A stretch of 64,000 nt of DNA from Phoronis australis (lineage: Eukaryota; Animalia; Phoronida), in NCBI GenBank assembly GCA_002633005.1, contig NMRA01000178.1:348062-412061 (forward strand), given 5' to 3'. Position numbers and translations under genes: made by a program. Within the stretch, counting starts at the first letter, position 1. Every line of letters starts with the position of its first letter. Of this stretch, positions 12,494 to 24,520 are shown in pieces. Below the pieces are notes generated by a model. That model worked only from the letters and a program-made list of their open reading frames with translations, ran no database searches and was not told where the DNA came from.

Positions 12494-12631
12494 ATTATGT
12501 CTTTGAACCCCTATGATCTTTTCTACTTCATAAACCTCTTCGGCATCTGTATCATCCTCTTGTTCCACAGCGTTTTCGCTGGTATCGCTTTCTTGGGAGG
12601 AGTTTCCCACCGCCTGCCTCTCAGACGCCAT
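12494..12631 (-). CDS. Coding exon 1 of an MPP8-like chromodomain protein
   Basis: ATG in tcaaaATGGCG context, donor AAT|gtaagt; 138 nt. Translates MASERQAVGNSSQESDTSENAVEQEDDTDAEEVYEVEKIIGVQRHN and splices in frame (phase 0) to exon 5189-5332, completing the chromodomain. Not in the ORF track. Confidence 0.92.
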
Positions 12632-12636
12632 TTTGA
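12624..12636 (-). promoter_or_regulatory. YY1-type AAAATGGCG motif overlapping the start codon
   Basis: Plus strand reads gacgccattttg. This arrangement is typical of housekeeping genes with short 5' UTRs; function is inferred. Confidence 0.45.
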
Positions 12637-13894
12637 AATTTCACATGTACTCAAAATAGGTCAAACAAGTTCACAATTCTTCTTTCAATGAGAGTTCTTT
12701 TTAAAAGAACTATTCCTGTCCAAAGTTCAATGTATTCTTCCTATAAATGGATCAAACACTCTGAAGCTGATCTACCTCACAATAACACAATGTGCTGTCA
12801 ACAACAAATGTTTAATAAAGTCACATGACCTATCATGTGACATAAATAAAAGAATGTGGCAGTGCGATATGCCCGGTTACTGGCTGAGTGAGGTCCTACG
12901 TCGTTGAGCTGGTCTTTAGTTAACGCACAAAATGAGCTTGAAACGTGATAATCGACGCCTTGTCAGTGTCCAGACCCCGGCCTTAGCACAATCACTGCGG
13001 AGTCATGGCGGACTTAGAGGGGGTTTAGAACTGAATAAGACACCGCTTTTTGTAACCAGAATTGAAACTCTTTCTTTGGAGAAACTGTGCGGGGAAACTG
13101 GTCTTGAAGAGTCACCTAATTTAGTCCCGTATTTTTTCTACGAAATGTAAACCAAGAACCCTCCGGCGGGTCCCCACATTGCAAAGATGATATACACAGA
13201 AGAGTACAAAGCCAAAATTAATCTATTTCGAGGAGCTCATTTCGAGGTCTTTCAACAATAATGAAATATTTAGTATCTTATCTCAAACGATATAAATCAT
13301 GAGTCGTCATTGACTGAGAACTGAATCCTAGCTGGTAAAAGCTGTTACACGTAAATCTGAATAAAGAATTTTTATCAATTAAAAAAATTGTTGGACGATT
13401 TTATTTTCTTTTACTTTGGACGTAAACATATCTAAAACATTTTAAACGCTTACTGCTTAGAGGAAGATTGAATATTCAGAATATATCAGTTACTAATCCC
13501 TGTATATGGACGAAATATTATAAAATCCCTCTTGTAAATACAAACTGCTGCATAGGACACTTCCTCCAAATGTCTGGTTGTTGAAATTAATTACGTTGAT
13601 TCTGATTTTTGTGCCTTTGGTAACAACGTTCGTGAGATAACCGGACACGTATTTGTGTATTGCTGTGTTACACGCTCTGTTTGATGCGATATTGAGAGCC
13701 TGTTGTTTAGCAAAGATTGACAGCGAACTTCATTTAGATAAAAACGCAAAACTTTTTGGAATCTACTGTAAAAGAGAAAACAGGGTCCTCAAACGGTTCA
13801 AACAAATAATTGCAGGCGATATGATATACGGTGTACCAGTCGTGCGCAGGTCGCGCATATGGGCCCATTGCAGTGATTACATGGAACTATTTTT

Positions 13895-14037
13895 ACACTT
13901 TATTAATATTTAGTTAAAACCGAGCTGAAGAGCTAGAAACCTGACTCAAGGGTCTAGCAGTGTGACCCAGTGGGACTAGAACCCACGACGTCGAGTAAAG
14001 AAAGCGGGCACCTATCGCACTAGGCCTCACTGCCTCC
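13895..14037 (-). mobile_element. tRNA-derived SINE
   Basis: Minus strand ggaggcagtgaggcctagtgcg...gtgggttctagtcccactggg has A-box-like and B-box-like motifs. A homologous copy lies at 45612-45759. Confidence 0.65.
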
Positions 14038-15552
14038 TCAACACATTTATATTACAAAAATAAACAGTATAACTTAAATTTGGATGTTTTATTACTTATT
14101 TGAAAAGATTTCTTATTACTGTAATCCTAGATCGATATAACTTTGGACACCGTCTGAGTCTATTTTCATGCTGAATGAAGTTTTCACTCATTCACAGGTA
14201 TACTCAATATCAAAGGTAAAATGGAACCGAAATAAGAAAAAATCTTTGGATTTCTTTTGTGATCCCATAACGTAAGGATAAGGATATCATAGTTAAATAC
14301 TGGAATAAAATATTCTCTCAAAATCTCAATAACCGAAGTCACAATATTGCGTTTTCTAAAGGTAATATTTTCATACGTGTAGTCATTACAGGTGACATAT
14401 ATGTAGACCACAAACAAGTTGCTTGCATAAGTTACATGCGGGCTTATGATCCTATTCTTGTTGTTATAGTATTGTAAATAGACCCAGACTTTGCTAAAAT
14501 CTCAATAAACAAAGTTATTGAGCGTCCCTCATGAATATTGAACTCATCTGTACCTATGCATTCATGTATTGTTGTGCTGGTGAGTTATTGTGACTAACTT
14601 TAATTTATATTCAATTTCGGTATGCATGAGAATGTAGAAAAATTAAGCAAGTAATTGCTCATGTTTGAATCTGAATGTGTGACAGGTGCATATATACCTG
14701 GTCGTTATTGGCATCTGCTTGTCTTTTGCCGCCGGTTTTCAGCGTCCACCTATTTGCTGCCATATACTTTGTGCAACGGAACAGCCTTGCCTTTCACGTT
14801 CTAGGTTCGAAATTCACTGGAACCTTGAATGAAAAACCAATGCACGGACCTCCCAGGTTCATAGTCTCGTTTACACTGTCAGAAATTGGTCATTCACAAT
14901 TCAGGTGCGTAGGAGCTAAAATGTTTGTCCCTCCTTCCTATCGCACTTCGGTGTACAACGTCAGTAGATTCTGCGATCGGCCTACGGTATGCTTAGATTT
15001 TGTCTGACGGTGTGTGCGAGAGCCAACACGTGCTCTGTAAGCACGAAATGACAAAAAACGACCCAGTTTTGGAAAACCGTAAAATTTATTGCGCAATACT
15101 ATTGGAAACTAAGAAACATCAATGAACTGCAAACACAATTAATCTTCCCAAGTTAATGAGCAACACGTTTGATTTGACTTAATTCCTTTTTAATTTTATG
15201 TTTGTAAACTTAAACCAATAATGTTGTCCGTAAGTTAATAAACAATGCATTTAGCATTGTCATTTGAATTGTGAATACATTTTTGGGACACCCTGCAAAA
15301 CTCTCTGAATTTGACAATTGAGAGTTATTTCAGACAGGAAAAATTGTGTAGTGTACTTTGCTATTTGGAGACCGGATGATACGAGACTTTCCCAGCCTCA
15401 GCCTGCAACTAAACTCACTGAAACATCTTCAATTCTTACAAGATTAGCTTCTAATTGTCAAAAATGATCNTTTGATTTGACTTAATTCCTTTTTAATTTT
15501 ATGTTTGTAAACTTAAACCAATAATGTTGTCCGTAAGTTAATAAACAATGCA

Positions 15553-15830
15553 CATAACGTAAAATTGTCGTGAGGACTTGACAGGGACCTCAGGGGTCTC
15601 ACACTCCACTGATTTATCCACATTATTTTGTAAACGCTTTGCAAAGTCACATATTGTGTGTCATCAAAGAGATAAGCATACCAGCAGCTGACGCAGCAAG
15701 TAGAAATACTCTCGTTTATCACATTGGTGTAGACTCACAGTTGAACTGTGGTTTTCTGTAGACCCTAGACCGTCCCGAGTTGCACCATATACCAACTCCG
15801 GACGGTCTCTCACGGCGATTAAACGTTATG
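15553..15830. mobile_element. 278-bp TIR element inserted without a TSD; presence/absence polymorphism
   Basis: cataacgtaaaattgtcgtgag...ctcacggcgattaaacgttatg. The empty site aatgca|tttagc is visible in the overlapping copy at ~15244-15255. Confidence 0.8.
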
Positions 15831-18515
15831 TTTAGCATTGTCATTTGAATTGTGAATACATTTTTGGGACACCCTGCAAAACTCTCTGAATTTGACAATT
15901 GAGAGTTATTTCAGACAGGAAAAATTGTGTAGTGTACTTTGCTATTTGGAGACCGGATGATACGAGACTTTCCCAGCCTCAGCCTGCAACTAAACTCACT
16001 GAAACATCTTCAATTCTTACAAGATTAGCTTCTAATTGTCAAAAATGATCTATAATTCAATTGATATTGGTAGATTCATAAACATGTAAATCAAAAACCA
16101 ACGAATTCGTTGCTTATCAAAATAGAATACTATAAGACTCCCGGAGGCATGGTCGCAGATTCTTGACAGGCATTAGACGGGCATCACACGGGGCGGTCCT
16201 TGGCGGTTGTCAAACGCCACCTGGTGGCTGTTATTTGGGAGGAGGCGCTGATAGCTCATATCAACTGCCTCTGTTCGATTTTGGTTCATTAATTGCAGAT
16301 GATTTCGACAAGTCGCCCAACACATGACCTTGGATGAAATCGATGCGATCGGCAGTTTTTTGTTTTATATTTTTGTGAGTGAGCGCAGGCCTCGAAATGA
16401 GACGGAGTACTCCCAGTACTGTAACAGAATCAACAATGTTTTTAGGCATTATACATAATTTTTCTGATGACTCAGCTCTGCACGGTTATGAGGAATAATA
16501 AGTTAAGCTTTATTTGACTTTGGAGGTTCTCACAAATTTTCGCTAATTAAATCATTTCAAAATGACGGATCACCCTGAATCAGCTGCGCTGTTACTTTCG
16601 TGTTACTTTTAAATAATCGATTTGAAATCTGTAAACACTTTCTTACTTCGCAATAATCAGAAAGTTGAGCTCGGTCTTCTTCTTAGTGCAAAATTTTTGA
16701 CTGAAATTCTTTTATTTGGGCGGAAATCACAACCTTTTTATGGATTTTGATGTGTGAAAGGATATTGTTATCATCTCAACAGTGTAGAACAAACATGTTT
16801 GACCTTCTGTCTATTTCCTGAAAGATTTTCTGATGAAAGCACTTTCATGTGTTCTGTAGGAGAGTTCATGATAAACACATATGTAAATACTGTTAATGAT
16901 ATATCATTTTCCACTTTCGGTCCGTTGTTTGTTGCCAATACGCCGCTATTCAATATTCATATTCAAAATTTATATGAACTTGTTACAACGGAAGATTCTA
17001 ATCAGTCAAGAACAACTTTATTGTGATGCATTTCTGGCTTTAGATGGTAGATTACCAATTGCCTGCCAGTGATTGGGGAACCTTTTGTTATCAGGGAAGG
17101 CAGATACGGTATGCACCGGTCACCAGTGTGGTCCTCGTTGGAATGCTAACCACCCTGTTTGGGGATCTTTTACGGGGGAAGGCATAGCTGGGATGCACGC
17201 CTGGACCCCATTGAGGCCGTCGTTGGTAACTGTCTATATTAATCGTTAATCGCCCGGCGAGTGATGGAACTATGATTTTTGTTAGCGAGGATGGTGTATA
17301 CATAGACAGGCTTGCACACGACCCCTGGATTACTATCTCCGAAGAGGAAACGTCTCGCCCTTGTCGTTAGGCTACAGCTAAGGACCCAAACGGTTCTTAG
17401 CTGCCAAGCCAGAGTATTTTTAGAATTTCAGTAGTTGTTTTGTTTCTCCCTCATTGTTATTAGTCGCCGTCCAACTATAAACTTCATTTACTCATGGCGG
17501 TCCCGGCACTCCGAGCAACCAGTGATTCGGCGTTGTGTCCACTTGTCTTAAACATATGCAGATTGTTTTATGTTAATACATGTACTTATCTCTGTCCGTG
17601 ATAACCTTGGTCGGCGGTGGAGGAGACAATTTGTTTGAGACTGACACTCTGTATATTACTTAGTGGCAGCGCCACCTCGTCGATTCAGTTTCTGAAAATC
17701 AGCTACACACAAGTTCACGTTCTGTCAGCTCAGCTATCGTTCTGTTGAGGCAGCCAGCTCAGCCCATGCCTCTTCGTCTACAGTGGTGCTATGGCCAACA
17801 TGCTTTGGGATATGAGGCCAAGCGTTACTTTTTCTGCCATTCAGCCGTGACTACAGGGATAAACACAGACACAGGCAACAAAAGATGGTTGGCCAAACTC
17901 ACAACACAAAGACTGTGAATAAATAATTAAATTAAATCAAAGGACGTGTTGTGGCGATCAAAAATTTTAAACTTTTCTAAAAATATGTAAGTGAAATACA
18001 TGCATTTCCTCGAAAAATTGAGAAATTCAACGTTCCCGAACATAAAGTAGCTTTGCATAAAGTCAGATGACTTATATGGTGGACTGTTTATGGAACCTAT
18101 TTGTTATCTGGTTCTCCAGACAGAAATGGAGTTTAGACATGTCGTTCGGAAGCGTTACTGGATTGCCATTGGAAAGTATTATTTTGTCATTCGTAGGGAC
18201 GCATTTGGTAGACGCAAGACGTAGCGAGTAAAGTTAACTGTAGAATACATTTACGCAAAATTTTTTGCCGCACCCAAAAAATTATACAAATCCAAAGCTA
18301 CGCATCATTTTGGAACGGATAGATAACTGAAAACAAAACTAAAATTACCACAAGGGTATGCTGCAGCAGAGCTGCCATGAGGTAATCTCGCATCCAGTCC
18401 ATTACAGTCTGTTGAATTTCTCGAAAACGAAGCCATTTGGTCATACTTTTGACCATCCAAAAGTTACGAACAGATTGGTGTGCGTATTTCAACTTATCAA
18501 ATAGTGTCTGATTGG

Positions 18516-18776
18516 CATGCACGCAGAAAGGGGCTCAGACGAGACCCCCCATTTAGCGAAGTGGGCAAACTGAAGGTCCGCTTCAGAGAAACACTGAAAA
18601 GCTCTGACAAAACGTAAAAAACGAGACAAAAGTCCACTAAAAAGGCATGAACTATAGCTACCAAAATCCGTCGAATACACAATTCATAGCTTTGAACGTA
18701 ACCCCTGAATTTTAGCTAAAGGTCCACATTTTCAAAAATTCGAGCCCACCGATTTTTTAGGCTGGGTGCGCGCATG
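18516..18776 (+). mobile_element. ~250-bp MITE family with CATGCGCGCACCC TIRs (copy with degraded left TIR)
   Basis: Internal similarity to 27279-27520, 36645-36903 and ~37730-37956; right end gctgggtgcgcgcatg. Confidence 0.8.
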
Positions 18777-19134
18777 ATTTCTGTATTTTTTAGACAAATG
18801 CTCATCCAATTGCTTCTCAATAACCTTCATGAGATGCGAAAATACCGAGAAGTACCCTTCTACTATAGATCATGACACAAAGTGCTCTGCACGAATGACC
18901 GGCGTTGTGAACAGGTGGCACAGTGATCACAATCCATGTTCACCAACAAGATTATCACTCAATTTACGCGAATTAAGGTTGTAATGCATTTTTATGTTTA
19001 GCTGATTTAATTGCACTGGTTGACCTGATCGTTAATTGATTAATCAAGAACCCCATAGGCTCTAACGCTAATGGAAGCTGGATACAAAACCTTTCAGTTA
19101 AGTAACAGATAGTACCTTCCATAGACACCGGCTA

Positions 19135-19288
19135 GGTTAGAGTTCAGTAACGCTAGGACTGACCTACGCTAGAAACTCGATGAAATCTTGCCAAAATCAC
19201 GTGTTTTTATTTAAAATACACGGCACTATCTCACGTAATCTCGCGAAGTCTTGCTTAGCTAGGTCCCAGCGTTACTGAACTATACCCC
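19135..19288 (+). mobile_element. Short MITE family, GGTAGAGTTCAGTAACGCTAGG TIR
   Basis: Homologous to 28683-29539, ~30098-30250 and 55651-55787; shared core cacgtaatctcgcgaagtcttgc. Confidence 0.75.
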
Positions 19289-20082
19289 GCAGATCATCGT
19301 GACATTTACATGTTTAGGCAGGTAAACTCGTGCACTCTTTCCCAGTGGAGGCATTGTGAAGTTTTAACTGGGTGTCCAAATGTTAAAACACTACTGGACT
19401 TGGCGCCTTGGTAGTTCCTTCCACTCTTTTGAAAACTCTATGAACAAAACAAAAAGTTGTGAGTCATTTCACCTCTGTCAAAAGCGCTACACATGGCCAC
19501 CGATTAACTTTAATTTCTGTATCATATTTTTGTCCCTTCTTGTACCAAGCAGGAAGTCAAAGTTAGAGAAGGATGGCAAGAACGCATTGACATAGCCTAT
19601 TTCAGCACAAATTAACCACAGACTCTTGCCAATGTTAGACACGAACCAACGTGAATTCTGAAAACAAATTTACTGCAGAAACCACAAGGTGGTAGAACAG
19701 TACGTACTACCATCAGATTTTTTGTTTGAGGATTAGGCTACCTGCAATCGGCAATCACGAAGCCGCTATTTTGAAGAAAAGCCCATTTACAACCAAACTA
19801 GTGGAATTTTCTCATTCACAACAAACACTCAAGCATAAAACCTGATTCATGAACCTATTTATAAGGCCAAACTCAAAACTTCCGCCAAACGTAAATTAGC
19901 CTATCCAAGGAATGTAACTTCTAGGCGCGGTCTGTCCAGCGGTTACAGCTTATCTGTACTGAGATCACAGTATAACTGTACTGACTGCAATGAATTTTCC
20001 ACGGCTACAGTGCAAATGAACTGCCCGCGGCTACAGTTTAACCGTTGTGAGTGCAATGAATTGCCCGCGGTTACTGTCTTAA

Positions 20083-21711
20083 AGGATAATGCCACCCGAT
20101 TTAATTAGTCTTTTTGCCGTCTTCATCGGTCTATATCCATATCGCCTCGCATACGGTCGACCTTACCTCGCCAAGAGGTGTCGCGTTAACCTGTGAGGAA
20201 GGTGAGAAACGACGCTAGCGACGTCAGTGGTTCATATGCAGAGTGAATGCCGCTATGTTGCGGTACATCGTTCCCGATTATCCGAACTAAGCAGCTTCGA
20301 GGAAAGCGGGTATATAGTTTTTTTTTTCACTTCCTCGAGAGTCCGAAATGCTTAAGAAGTGCCTTATGGAAATGAAGAATGAAATATACGCTGTAAATAG
20401 CAAGTATGAGGCCGTGAAACATCTCCGTGTCTGTGGCCTGCAGACGTCGACAGTGCCTCACGAATGCCGGCTTACCAAATAACTCCATACGTTCCGTTGT
20501 CTGAGCTTGTTCACGGCGCTTCTCTAGTATTTCTTCATCACTGTATTCCTGTTCGAATTGATAGCCTATAAAACTTAACGATCCACCTGCGAAGTCGGAA
20601 CTGATGAGCTCTAGCTCTCGTCCTAAGTCGGGATTGCGAGTTGCCATGTTCGCGTTTATTACTGAGCGTTCTGTTTCAAAATGAATTAATCTCACCCTAA
20701 CCAATACTTAATGCCTTTGGAGTTTTCGTGACAGCAAATGATTTGAGAAGCCAGAAATGAATAAATCACTGCGTTACCGGCTTTAGGTGCAATAAAACTA
20801 ATTGACGGGTCACCGAGGTCGTGTGAGCTCATGCTAATTTAATGCATTTTTGCTGGAAGAAACAGTTGTGAAACAACTCGATTTCCATCCCACGGCCAGG
20901 TGTTAGGGGAATCTTTATTTACATTTACATTACTCAAAAATGATTGTCAATGTACAACTTCTGCCCTGACGGTGCTGTGGCCAAAGCGGAACCTGAATTC
21001 GCGGCCCCCGACGAGTAAGTAGATTTGCAGTTTCGTGGCTAATTCACCAACATAATCACGTGCACATTACTTAGGCTCACTCTTATAGTATTTTCTTGAC
21101 TGGAAGTTTAGTTTCCACTGAACTTTGGCTGGTTTATGTTCGTGATGTTTGATCAGTTTCCGAGCCACTGGCCGGGATGATAACGCCGAGTCGATTCGGC
21201 CGGCCGCGACGGGCCTGATCGGGCTCCTAGCCACTGGCCAGGATAACAAGCGTTTTGTGTTTAGAACTAAAAAAAATCACAAGTCTAAACAACACAGATC
21301 TAGGCTGTCCTGTCTGTATCTCACGGAAAATACTTCGAAATTATCTCCGAACAGACCCCGAACTCCAGCTACGGACCTTTATTGGCCTGCCGAATTTTGT
21401 AGGCTACGGTGTGTCCAAATACCAATAAATCCGTAGGAGCGAAATAAAACAACACGTTTTAATAAGAACTCGGTGTATTTTTAAAGGTTTTACATCGAAG
21501 TTTCATGATTTATTGGTGTTAAACGATGACTTCAAGCGATAAGCTGACACCTGCAGTAACGCGTGTTGTGAACTGCTGAACTGAACAGACTGCGTGTGAA
21601 ACCGATGACGTCATTGGATAATTTCAACACCTCCGTCTGCCGTCGTTATGGAGTAGAACTACTCGATCTAAATTGATACAAATTAGGTTGTTTTTTGGGT
21701 GGCATGCTCCT
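20083..21711 (+). mobile_element. Non-autonomous Kolobok transposon, copy 1
   Basis: TTAA at 20079-20082 and 21712-21715; 15-bp TIR AGGATAATGCCACCC / GGGTGGCATGCTCCT. Carries a degraded THAP 5' end on + and a convergent KolX-like 5' end on - (MATRNPD...GYQFEQEYSDEE). Confidence 0.9.
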
Positions 21712-21956
21712 TTAACTGTACTAAGTGCAATGAATGGTCCGCGACCTCTGCCTTACTGTACTGGGTGAAGGAGTTAGCCGCAGCAAACAGTTTAGCTGCC
21801 GGTACTGAGTGCAATGAATTGCCTCGGCTACAATCTAACAGTACTGGGTGCAATGAATGGGGCTATTCGGAGAATTCTCCTCGCGGTGTCGCTGCTGTAC
21901 TAGTGGTGATTGAATTGCGCATGCGTGGCTGTCTGCATGTAAACAACTGGTAAAAG

Positions 21957-22624
21957 CACAGGCGTCCTCAGCTTCTGATCGTCCCCAATACACTACATAT
22001 AATACTACAAGGTATGACACTTCGGACTTGAAATTCCACGGGTGCTCCACTTCAGCCGTCCATAGCAAACATAAAACTCAATAAATTTGCACAAAATAGG
22101 GGTTCAACAAACCATGAAGAATTGTTCTTTCTCCCAATATCATTCACGGTGTCCTGTTACGGCGACTTCGTAAGAAATTCGCAGTCAAAGAACAAAAATG
22201 TTCACAAAAAGCCCCCACACACGTTCTCCCTAGGCCCGTCGAGGTCAAGGACGGTACCGGAAATTGCCGGTGAGTTACGGAAGTAGCGACATCGTGACTT
22301 TACGCGACAAAGCGGCAATTTCCGTACCGTCCTTGACCTCGACGGGCCTAGGGAGAACGTGTGTGGGGGCTTTTTGTGAACATTTTTGTTCTTTGACTGC
22401 GAATTTCTTACGAAGTCGCCGTAACAGGACACCGTGAATGATATTGGGAGAAAGAACAATTCTTCATGGTTTGTTGAACCCCTATTTTGTGCAAATTTAT
22501 TGAGTTTTATGTTTGCTATGGACGGCTGAAGTGGAGCACCCGTGGAATTTCAAGTCCGAAGTGTCATACCTTGTAGTATTATATGTAGTGTATTGGGGAC
22601 GATCAGAAGCTGAGGACGCCTGTG
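21957..22624. mobile_element. 668-bp foldback element: ~312-bp near-perfect inverted arms, 43-bp spacer, CACAG...CTGTG termini
   Basis: 21957-22269 is the reverse complement of 22313-22624 apart from a 1-nt indel near the centre. It abuts the N at 22625. Confidence 0.75.
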
Positions 22625-24029
22625 NACGACTGTTTTTAAGTCTATTTTAACGATCAGATTTTTTTAAATTGAAATAAATCCGATTTGAGCCCAACAATGG
22701 CCAAGAAATAACTTAATGGGGCTATTCGGAGAATTCTCCTCGCGGTGTCGCTGCTGTACTAGTGGTGATTGAATTGCGCATGCGTGGCTGTCTGCATGTA
22801 AACAACTGGTAAAAGATGGAATTTTTATCAAAATACGTCTTCGCGCTAAGCCTTATTACTGCTAATTTCCCTGGTGCAAGTCTTCGACAGGTGGCCACAA
22901 ATTCCCAAAAGACCTAAGGTTACTATATTCGTGGACAATTGCGGTCAACAGGGTCAACTAACTGACAAAAAGTGTGTGGATGCTGAAGCCCCGTGTGTGC
23001 TCTATGTCTATGACTATGCAGTTCCATTCGGAGACTACAAAACATTACTTGGTAAGTTTTTAGCAATCAGTTTCTATTAACATCGTTCGGTGATGTTATC
23101 CCCCTCAGTTACCCCACTGAATAACAGTTTTATTAAGTGGAACTAAGTGTTGCTTTTTGGAAACTCACCCGATGCCGGGTAGGCTAGCAGCACATATTCA
23201 TATAGCCTTGGTACAAAGCTGTTTCCAATAAAATTCTCCAGATGAGTGAGTTTCCTTATTTTATCGTGGACCCCACCCCCAGGACCACCAGCTCAGTTAT
23301 CGAATTAACATGAATAAGCCTTAATTCAGTAAACATCGTAACATTGTATTGGAAAAAATTGACACCTAGAATGAATTTTACTTGTTGAGATCAGAAGCAC
23401 ATTTTAAGTGTCATGAAAAACACACATTGTTAAATCACTATTAGCCTGTTTCACATATTTTAATTCAGATATTAAATAAGACTTGGGTACAAAGGTTATC
23501 AGTTTCTACACATAAACATGAAGATGAAATGTCAAGTATGTTCTGCCTTACAAAAGCAGTTTTGTCTTGTCTTTTCTTTTACAATTTGCTAATATTTCTA
23601 TTCTGTTACAGGCAAGAAAAAACAACTGAAACCAACCGCCTGACCATCTATTTCACCGTTGGACAAAGTGAAAAGCAATCCTTCAGCAATAACCTGAGAG
23701 AATTGAACATAATTCAGAAATTCAGCACCTGATATGCCTGATTATGGACTCCCTCGCAATGTTGTTGCTTTCTGTGCTTTTTCAGTTTGCCATTTGTTTT
23801 TAAATACACTGATAATTGTTTATTCTCGAATCTTGTGCATAGCAGATTCTTATCCAGCTAACTACAATTGAAAACATACAATAAGACAATCGATGCAGTC
23901 ACTGAATGTCATTTCCCCATAATCTGTACCAAATTGAAAAGTTTTTACCAATAGTATAAAGCCTTTTTTTCTGAAAGGAAAATTTAATGTCACTAAGCTT
24001 TTGGCTTTCATTTCACTGGATTCTAGTTT

Positions 24030-24520
24030 TAATGGCCTATGGAAGCGCTTGCAAAAAAGGTCCAGTTTCAACACGTGGCTTTCTTTCATGTAACCTCATT
24101 CAGCCTCAGTAACATCCACAATTAGACCCTTGAAGGTTAACACAGCAGCATATCACTTGAATCGTTTTGAGCCCAAAATCAGACTCTGAACTAGACCAGA
24201 GTGTGACTAGGTCTTCCTTAGCTTCAGCCCCTCATGTTTCTTCCAGGAAAGGAAATAAGGCTATTGTCCACACATGACTCATTGCCTATGAAAGGGCATC
24301 CTCACCAACAAGGCTTATTTGTGTAGCAGTCACATATAGTTCGTCTGGATACGCAGACACTCCACTGGCACATTGTCTTATGGTAACTTAGTACTGCGAT
24401 TCACATTTCTCCAGGGCCACTGACTTGCACATTGTGCCATGCAGCACTGCTGGTGTGTGGAAGTGCTGTGGGAAGAGAACGGAGTAACAAAGCTTGTCTA
24501 TGATACAGCTTGAAGTGGCC
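24030..24520 (-). pseudogene. Degraded YqaJ/lambda-exonuclease-like ORF of the ISL2EU-like element
   Basis: Interrupted translation includes HTPAVLHGTMCKSVALEK, LVGED, CPFIG, GLKLRKT, LTFKGLIVDV and MKESHVLKLDLFCKRF, in the order expected for transposon-borne YqaJ domains. Many stops and frameshifts. Confidence 0.6.

Noticed and set aside
13960-14037. tRNA gene
   Set aside because: A and B boxes are degenerate, there is no clean cloverleaf, and a non-tRNA body is shared with a second copy; this is a SINE.
15168-16050. Apparent tandem segmental duplication
   Set aside because: It is centred on the N at 15470 and best explained as two alleles; only the insert polymorphism is kept as a finding.
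20327-20704. 125-aa ORF as a host gene
   Set aside because: It lies inside Kolobok copy 1, is a KolX stub fused to antisense THAP, and is broken in the other copies.
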